Shown here: piece after piece, positions 59,389-64,000 of the stretch
Numbering within the stretch: position 1 is the stretch's first letter
Layout: each line of letters opens with the position of its first letter
IMG/VR virus record: IMGVR_UViG_3300045526_000254
Coordinates: 27,013 to 91,012 of that record
DNA from: a virus
Taxonomy: Duplodnaviria; Caudoviricetes
Reading direction: 5' to 3' (one strand)
Length of the DNA: 64,000 bases
Position numbers and translations under genes: made by a program
The notes under the pieces: generated by a model
Told to the model about the DNA's origin: nothing
What the model saw: the letters and a program-made list of their open reading frames with translations, nothing else
The model's database searches: none

Positions 59389-59892
59389 ATGAAAAACAAA
59401 CATCATATCATTCCAAGATATATGGGTGGTAGCGATTCTCCAGAAAATTTAGTTGAAGTAACTTTGACACAACACGCTATGTTTCATTATTGTAACTGGC
59501 GTCTTTGGGGAAATAAAGAAGATGAGATTGCTTGGAAAGCTCTTTCGGGGCAAATCTCCATAGAAGATGTTATCCTTGAATCAAGAAGACTTGGTGGGCG
59601 CAATAGTCATATCAAGCATCCTGAAATGAGACATAAAAATCTCAAAAGAACAGGAAATCCTCACACACTATGGAGAGGTACTCCAGTTGAAAGAAGAGAA
59701 GAAATTTCTAAAAAAGTTCAAAAAACAAAAGGCACTGAAATTAAGTGTGTTAATAATTTAACTGGAGAAATTAATTCTTTTCCTTCATTAAAATCTGCTA
59801 GAAGTTATTACCAAATTGGTATGACTACTATTAGAAAATTGTATTCTGGAGAAATAAATTCTTATAATGGAATTTCTGTAATTAAATCTTAA
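59389..59892 (+). CDS. HNH homing endonuclease
   Basis: KHHIIPRYMGGSDSPENLV...HAMFH; C-terminal NUMOD1-like region. Confidence 0.85.
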   Translation: MKNKHHIIPRYMGGSDSPENLVEVTLTQHAMFHYCNWRLWGNKEDEIAWKALSGQISIEDVILESRRLGGRNSHIKHPEMRHKNLKRTGNPHTLWRGTPVERREEISKKVQKTKGTEIKCVNNLTGEINSFPSLKSARSYYQIGMTTIRKLYSGEINSYNGISVIKS

Positions 59893-59896
59893 ACGA

Positions 59897-59976
59897 TGGG
59901 ATATAGCATAACGGAAATGCAGCTGGCTGTTAACCAGTGTCGGAAGACAATGTAGGTTCGAATCCTACTATCCCAG
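59897..59976 (+). tRNA. tRNA-Asn(GTT) with an extra variable hairpin
   Basis: TGGGATA/TATCCCA; loop CTGTTAA; gtc-GGAA-gac arm. Confidence 0.85.
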
Positions 59977-59998
59977 TTGCCTACATAAGGCATAACAA

Positions 59999-60070
59999 CG
60001 GGGTGTAAGTCAGAGGTAGACGGCTTGCTTTGGGAGCAAGAAGGCAGAGGTTCGATCCCTCTCACCCCGA
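59999..60070 (+). tRNA. tRNA-Pro(TGG), second copy
   Basis: CGGGGTG/CACCCCG; loop TTTGGGA. Confidence 0.88.
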
Positions 60071-60074
60071 CTTT

Positions 60075-60148
60075 GGGGACATAGCTCCAATTGGTAGAGC
60101 ACACGCCTGAAGAGCGTGGTGTTATCGGTTCAAATCCGATTGTTCCCA
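60075..60148 (+). tRNA. tRNA-Phe(GAA)
   Basis: Loop CTGAAGA. Confidence 0.92.
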
Positions 60149-60150
60149 CT

Positions 60151-60310
60151 TGCCCTTGCCGTTGGTACGGTAACATAGGGTTCAACTTGATAAAGTAGTT
60201 TTAGATAGGTGTGTTGAACCCACACTGATAAGAACCTCCCTCGTAAGGAAGTCTTCTTGTACAAAACATCGAGTCTATGAAGAGTGGGATCATTCCCCAC
60301 CGAGGGTACA
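60151..60310 (+). ncRNA. About 160-nt multi-hairpin tRNA-like RNA
   Basis: 8-bp closing stem with four internal hairpins; last one has T-arm geometry. Confidence 0.55.
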
Positions 60311-60313
60311 CAA

Positions 60314-60385
60314 AGGAATGTAGCTCAGTGGTAGAGCACTCGGCTGATAACCGAGCGGTCACGAGTTCAAATCTCGTCATTCCTA
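60314..60385 (+). tRNA. tRNA-Ile(GAT)
   Basis: AGGAATG/CATTCCT; loop CTGATAA. Confidence 0.92.
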
Positions 60386-60387
60386 TT

Positions 60388-60460
60388 GAAACCGTAGCAC
60401 AAGTGGTAGTGTTGCTGGCATTATAGTCGGCGGTTGCAGGTTCAAGTCCTGTCGGTTTCA
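60388..60460 (+). tRNA. Atypical tRNA, probably Ile(TAT), with an 8-nt anticodon loop
   Basis: GAAACCG/CGGTTTC; good D and T arms; loop CATTATAG. Confidence 0.6.
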
Positions 60461-60523
60461 CTTTGGTATATTGTGTGAAGTGTGATATAATATAAATACT
60501 TATACTCACACAGTATACCATAT

Positions 60524-61048
60524 ATGGAAAACAGGAAACCAAACACAAAATGTTGCGTATGCGAGACTCCAATTTATAGGAGACCAAGTAATCTAAAAAA
60601 GACTAATGGTAAAGCATATTGCGGTCAAGATTGTTATGGAATTTCCTGTAGAAAAACAAAACCTTGTGTTGTTTGTGGGAAAGAAATTTTAGCATCGAAA
60701 CACTCAAAGACTTGTTCTAAAGAATGTTTTGATTCTTATTTGAAATCTTCTAATAGAAACTTTTCTCTTGGAAGAAAACCTGGAACTTCTACCAAATGGG
60801 GAACTCGTTCTTTCAGAAAAAGAATTCTAGAAGAAAGGGGCAACTGTTGTGAAGTTTGTGGTTATGACAAAATCCCAGTTTTGACTATTCATCATATAGT
60901 TGAAAGATACTTAGGTGGTGATGATTCTAATTCAAATCTTTTAGTTTTGTGTAGAAATTGTCACGGAGAAGTACATACTGGAATACTAAACAAAACAAGT
61001 GAAAGTTTTTCAAAATTACTTGAGGAAAATGCAGCTAAGTGGTCTTAG
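60524..61048 (+). CDS. HNH endonuclease with Zn-ribbon N-terminus
   Basis: CEVCGY..TIHHIVERYLGGDDSNSNLLVLCRNCHGEVH. Confidence 0.85.
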   Translation: MENRKPNTKCCVCETPIYRRPSNLKKTNGKAYCGQDCYGISCRKTKPCVVCGKEILASKHSKTCSKECFDSYLKSSNRNFSLGRKPGTSTKWGTRSFRKRILEERGNCCEVCGYDKIPVLTIHHIVERYLGGDDSNSNLLVLCRNCHGEVHTGILNKTSESFSKLLEENAAKWS

Positions 61049-61108
61049 CATCCGCCTGCTAAGCGGACTGTCAGTAAAATGGCAAAGGTTCGACTCCTTC
61101 ATTTTCCG
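61024..61108 (+). tRNA. tRNA-Ser(GCT)
   Basis: GGAAAAT/ATTTTCC; loop CTGCTAA. Confidence 0.88.
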
Positions 61109-61112
61109 CCTT

Positions 61113-61197
61113 GGAGAGTTGTCCGAGTGGATTATGGTGAGATCTTGGAAAGGTCTTGGGCGTAAAAACCCCAGAGGTTCGAATCCTCTACTCTCCG
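61113..61197 (+). tRNA. tRNA-Ser(GGA)
   Basis: GGAGAGT/ACTCTCC; loop TTGGAAA. Confidence 0.88.
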
Positions 61198-61201
61198 TTT
61201 T

Positions 61202-61273
61202 GGCAGTATAGTTCAGTGGTAGAACAGAAGATTCATACCCTTCTCGTCGGTGGTTCAATTCCACCTACTGTCA
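61202..61273 (+). tRNA. tRNA-Met(CAT), elongator-like
   Basis: Loop TTCATAC. Confidence 0.82.
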
Positions 61274-61274
61274 T

Positions 61275-61348
61275 GTGTAGGTAGCATAAATGGTTAATGC
61301 ACCTGATTGTGAATCAGGTTTATGCGGGTTCAAGTCCCGTCCTACACC
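61275..61348 (+). tRNA. tRNA-His(GTG)
   Basis: GTGTAGG/CCTACAC; loop TTGTGAA; C73. Confidence 0.9.
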
Positions 61349-61350
61349 CC

Positions 61351-61424
61351 GCCCGATTAGCTCAGTGGTCTAGAGCAATTGTCTAGTAAACAATAGGTCG
61401 TCAGTTCAAATCTGACATTGGGCT
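61351..61424 (+). tRNA. tRNA-Thr(AGT)
   Basis: attgt-CTAGTAA-acaat. Confidence 0.85.
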
Positions 61425-61428
61425 TCGG

Positions 61429-61503
61429 GTTCCAGTCGCCAAGTGGATTTAAGGCAAGAGATTGCAAATCTCTCATTCGTCGGTTCAAATCCGACCTGGA
61501 ACT
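61429..61503 (+). tRNA. tRNA-Cys(GCA)
   Basis: GTTCCAG/CTGGAAC; loop TTGCAAA. Confidence 0.9.
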
Positions 61504-61508
61504 CTCAT

Positions 61509-61582
61509 TGGGGAATCGTCTAATGGCAGGACACCGCCCTTTGAAGGCGTTTATCTAGGTTCGAGTCCTAGTTCCCCAGCCA
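61509..61582 (+). tRNA. tRNA-Gln(TTG), CCA encoded
   Basis: TGGGGAA/TTCCCCA; loop CTTTGAA. Confidence 0.9.
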
Positions 61583-61657
61583 GTCCGTGTAGCGCAATTG
61601 GTAGGAGGCACTATCTTGAGGGGGTAGACAGTGCGGGTTCAAATCCCGCCACGGACA
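61583..61657 (+). tRNA. tRNA-Leu(GAG), short variable loop
   Basis: Loop TTGAGGG; variable region ACAGT. Confidence 0.85.
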
Positions 61658-61729
61658 TTGCCAGTTTCCGAACTGGCACATCACTCTTGACCTTCGGGGC
61701 AATCGGTGGTATTCTAAGCAAGTGATTGA

Positions 61730-61804
61730 GGGCGTGTAGCGCAATCGGTAGGAGGCAACACCCTTAGAAGGTGTACAGTGGAGGTTCGAATCCTCTCACG
61801 CCCA
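61730..61804 (+). tRNA. tRNA-Leu(TAG), short variable loop
   Basis: Loop CTTAGAA. Confidence 0.85.
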
Positions 61805-61829
61805 TTACTCATAATTATGATAAATAGTT

Positions 61830-62225
61830 ATGAGTTATTTACAAGTTAATATGCCTAGAAAAAGAAAAACATCTGCGGATTGTAAGTTGATACGAGAATA
61901 TCAACGAAATTGGTTAAATGAAAAACTTAAAAATGATCCCGAGTACAAAGAAAGACATTATGAAAATCGAAGAAATCGAGCAAAACAAAACAGAGAAAAT
62001 TTAACTTCTTTGAAAGAAAGTAGTTCTTGTTCTTGCTGCGGCGAGTATCATCCATCATGTTGCATGGATTACCACCATTTAGATCCTAATATTAAGGAAA
62101 AAGGTGTAGCTCAAATGATACAAGGAAATTCTTGGAAAAAAATTCAAGAAGAAATTTCTAAATGTGTTTTGGTTTGTTCTAATTGCCATCGAAAAATACA
62201 CGAAGGTTTAATTACGCTCATTTAG
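61830..62225 (+). CDS. HNH endonuclease (paralog of 57475)
   Basis: CSCCGE..DYHHLD..VCSNCHRKIH. Confidence 0.85.
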   Translation: MSYLQVNMPRKRKTSADCKLIREYQRNWLNEKLKNDPEYKERHYENRRNRAKQNRENLTSLKESSSCSCCGEYHPSCCMDYHHLDPNIKEKGVAQMIQGNSWKKIQEEISKCVLVCSNCHRKIHEGLITLI

Positions 62226-62289
62226 CCATCTGGTGAAGGCAGCGTTCTCATAAAGCGCCGTAGGAAGAGTTCGATTCTCTCAATGAGCA
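62216..62289 (+). tRNA. tRNA with CAT anticodon (Met or lysidine-Ile2)
   Basis: GCTCATT/AATGAGC; loop CTCATAA. Confidence 0.82.
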
Positions 62290-62331
62290 CTTGACAATCT
62301 GAAGGTTCTACCTTACGATTGTCTCATACAT

Positions 62332-62406
62332 GTCCGAGTAGCGCAATCGGCAGGAGGCAACAGACTTAAAATCTGTACAGTGCGGGTTCGAATCCCGCCT
62401 CGGACA
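62332..62406 (+). tRNA. tRNA-Leu(TAA), short variable loop
   Basis: Loop CTTAAAA. Confidence 0.85.
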
Positions 62407-62409
62407 TAT

Positions 62410-62483
62410 GCTGGTGTAGCGCAACGGTAGGAGGCAACCGACTCAAAATCGGTACAGTGTGGGTTCGAATCCCTCCACCAGCA
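62410..62483 (+). tRNA. tRNA-Leu(CAA), short variable loop
   Basis: Loop CTCAAAA. Confidence 0.85.
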
Positions 62484-62602
62484 TTCCATCGGCAGATGGA
62501 AAGGCGAATTTAGGTGATGCATCACTTATAGGAGCCTGGAACGATTATCAATGGTTCGATTCCCTTCGCTCTGGTGAGGTGATAAAAGTTCCTTAATTTT
62601 TT

Positions 62603-62677
62603 GTTGGGTTGGTCTAATGGTAAGATGCAGGTCTCCAAAACCTTGCGATGGGAGTTCAAATCTCTCACCCTTCGCCA
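62603..62677 (+). tRNA. tRNA-Trp(CCA), U:U mismatches at acceptor pairs 2-3, CCA encoded
   Basis: Loop CTCCAAA. Confidence 0.8.
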
Positions 62678-62680
62678 CAT

Positions 62681-62755
62681 GCCCTGGTAACTCAGTGGAA
62701 GAGTGCTTCGCTACGAACGAAGAAGACGGGGGTTCAAATCCCTCTCAGGGTGCCA
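62681..62755 (+). tRNA. tRNA-Arg(ACG), CCA encoded
   Basis: Loop CTACGAA. Confidence 0.9.
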
Positions 62756-62788
62756 TTACAATCTAAATACGGTAGGTGCAAAAGAATC

Positions 62789-63259
62789 ATGGAATTAGTA
62801 GAACCACATTCAACAATATTGGTTCTGAACAGTTCTTATGAACCATTACATTTTACAAACTGGAAACGTGCAATTGTTCTTCTCTTCAAAGAGAAAGCAA
62901 AATTGATTACTAAACGTGTCATTCGTTTAGTCAGTTATGTGAAAATTCCTTTCACTCGTGGTAAAGACTCTTATCCTACAAGAGCACTTATCTATAAACG
63001 AGATGATCATGAATGTCAATATTGTGGATCTAAAAAAGATTTGACGATTGACCATGTGATTCCACGATCTAGAGGTGGACAAGATACCTGGGAAAACCTT
63101 GTTGCTTGTTGCTATAAATGTAATTTGAAGAAAGGAAATCATCTTCTCTCCGAAACAAATATGACTTTGAAGAAAACTCCAGAAGCACCTTTCAACCGTG
63201 TTTATTTGGATCTTCAAAAAAGTCGGGTTTCTGAATGGAGAGAGTATGTAATTGGTTGA
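62789..63259 (+). CDS. HNH endonuclease (McrA-like type)
   Basis: LVLNSSYEP, CQYCG..LTIDHVIPRSRGGQDTWENLVACCYKCNLKKG; start moved past tRNA-Arg. Confidence 0.88.
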   Translation: MELVEPHSTILVLNSSYEPLHFTNWKRAIVLLFKEKAKLITKRVIRLVSYVKIPFTRGKDSYPTRALIYKRDDHECQYCGSKKDLTIDHVIPRSRGGQDTWENLVACCYKCNLKKGNHLLSETNMTLKKTPEAPFNRVYLDLQKSRVSEWREYVIG

Positions 63260-63356
63260 GGACGGTTTCGGAACTGTCATAAGGTAGTTGACAAAACATC
63301 CTATATACCCTATAGTATAAAGGTAATCGGGGGTTTCACCTTAAACCCCTCAACAA

Positions 63357-63428
63357 CGTGGGGAAGTGTAACGGTTGCACAGAAGTCTCATAAGCTTCAG
63401 GAAGGAGGTTCAATTCCTCCCCCCGCCA
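63357..63428 (+). tRNA. tRNA with CAT anticodon, C1 mismatch, A at position 8
   Basis: gaagt-CTCATAA-gcttc. Confidence 0.75.
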
Positions 63429-63518
63429 TTGGAAATCTATCGATTTCCATATAAAAAAGTGATAGAGGGTAAGTCACCGTTATATCCTTATGAGGTATAT
63501 CGAACTTAATCTATCATG

Positions 63519-63590
63519 CCTTGGGTAGTCTAGTGGTCAGGACAGGCAGACAATGCACTTGGAGTTCGGGTTCGATTCCCGACCTGAGGA
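63519..63590 (+). ncRNA. tRNA-like RNA or pseudo-tRNA with aberrant anticodon arm
   Basis: Paired acceptor, D and T arms; anticodon stem only gca/tgc. Confidence 0.6.
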
Positions 63591-63597
63591 AAAAATT

Positions 63598-63669
63598 GGG
63601 AGGTTAACTCAGCGGTAGAGTTCTTGCCTTACAAGCAAGCAGTCACTGGTTCGAATCCAGTACTTCCCA
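63598..63669 (+). tRNA. tRNA-Val(TAC)
   Basis: GGGAGGT/ACTTCCC; loop CTTACAA. Confidence 0.92.
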
Positions 63670-63690
63670 TTGCGTCCTTGGACGCACAAT

Positions 63691-63821
63691 AAGATGAGGC
63701 AGCAATCTTACACGCACTAAACGTTTAATTTAGCCAGCCAAAAACTCATCTTGTCTAAAGTTGATTCAGCAGAACAATGTCTCCAACATCTTCTGTGAAA
63801 TCGACAATTCACAATCAACTT
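63691..63821 (+). ncRNA. CAGCA hairpin motif, copies 2 and 3, in the leader of the DUF2828-like gene
   Basis: aagatgag/ctcatctt and aagttgatt/aatcaactt stems, each with CAGCA at the 5' side of the loop. Confidence 0.55.
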
Positions 63822-63833
63822 GGAGAAAACATC

Positions 63834-64000
63834 ATGACTTTCATTACTGCTCTCGAAACTCAAATGAACGACACCGTGACCGCAAACGGTGCAAAATCTT
63901 ATAAGTCCACGCTGAACAAGTGTCTGGATTTGTTTGGAAAAATTGGTGCTTGCCGTAACAATGTCAATCAGGCACAAAAACTGTTCGCCCATGCGTATGC
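63834..64000 (+). CDS. 5' end of a DUF2828/TROVE(Ro60)-like protein (truncated by the window)
   Basis: SD GGAG 63822; MTFITALETQMNDTVTANGAKSYKSTLNKCLDLFGKIGACR matches the T-x-NGA...ST...LDLF...GA-x-R pattern recalled for DUF2828. Confidence 0.6.
   Translation, partial: MTFITALETQMNDTVTANGAKSYKSTLNKCLDLFGKIGACRNNVNQAQKLFAHAY

Noticed and set aside
57262-62525. Many listed ORFs over the tRNA array (58276, 58383, 58526, 58593, 59889, 60201, 60999, 61016, 61462, 62313)
   Set aside because: They are translations of tRNA genes or their antisense
62484-62575. Extra tRNA between Leu(CAA) and Trp
   Set aside because: Has a GGTTCGATTCC T-loop but no coherent anticodon arm or T stem; at best a degenerate remnant
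63717-63992. Minus-strand 91-aa ORF
   Set aside because: Antisense to the SD-supported DUF2828-like start

Overview
64-kb segment of a T4-like cyanomyovirus genome (Kyanoviridae-like; the size of the tRNA array recalls freshwater S-CRM01-type phages, which is inference). It is AT-rich and almost all on the + strand. 1-10.5 kb: head/tail morphogenesis (gp17 C-terminus, gp18-gp23, gp3). 10.5-47.6 kb: replication, recombination and nucleotide core (uvsY, uvsW, gp55, gp47/46, vWA+MoxR AAA pair, gp45/44/62, regA, hsp20, gp43, uvsX, gp41, mazG, gp61, nrdA/B), interleaved with free-standing homing endonucleases and late-promoter genes of a modular acidic/basic protein family. 48-57 kb: more of that family plus lysis genes. 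57-64 kb: about 31 tRNA genes covering all 20 amino acids, five HNH genes and several non-tRNA structured RNAs; the window ends in the 5' end of a DUF2828/TROVE-like gene. Main leads: (1) a circularly permuted, YrlA(Y RNA)-like tRNA mimic at 58729-58845, with other tRNA-like RNAs and repeated CAGCA hairpins near a possible Ro60-like gene; (2) an A_AAA_AAG plus hairpin -1 frameshift that fuses a C39-like peptidase to a lysozyme whose catalytic N-terminus has no start codon; (3) a DNA polymerase split in two by an HNH cassette, with complementary helical extensions and no intein or intron motifs; (4) capsid-targeting N-termini and gp21-type E|A sites that suggest packaged polyproteins. All calls were made by eye; no database searches or folding programs were run.
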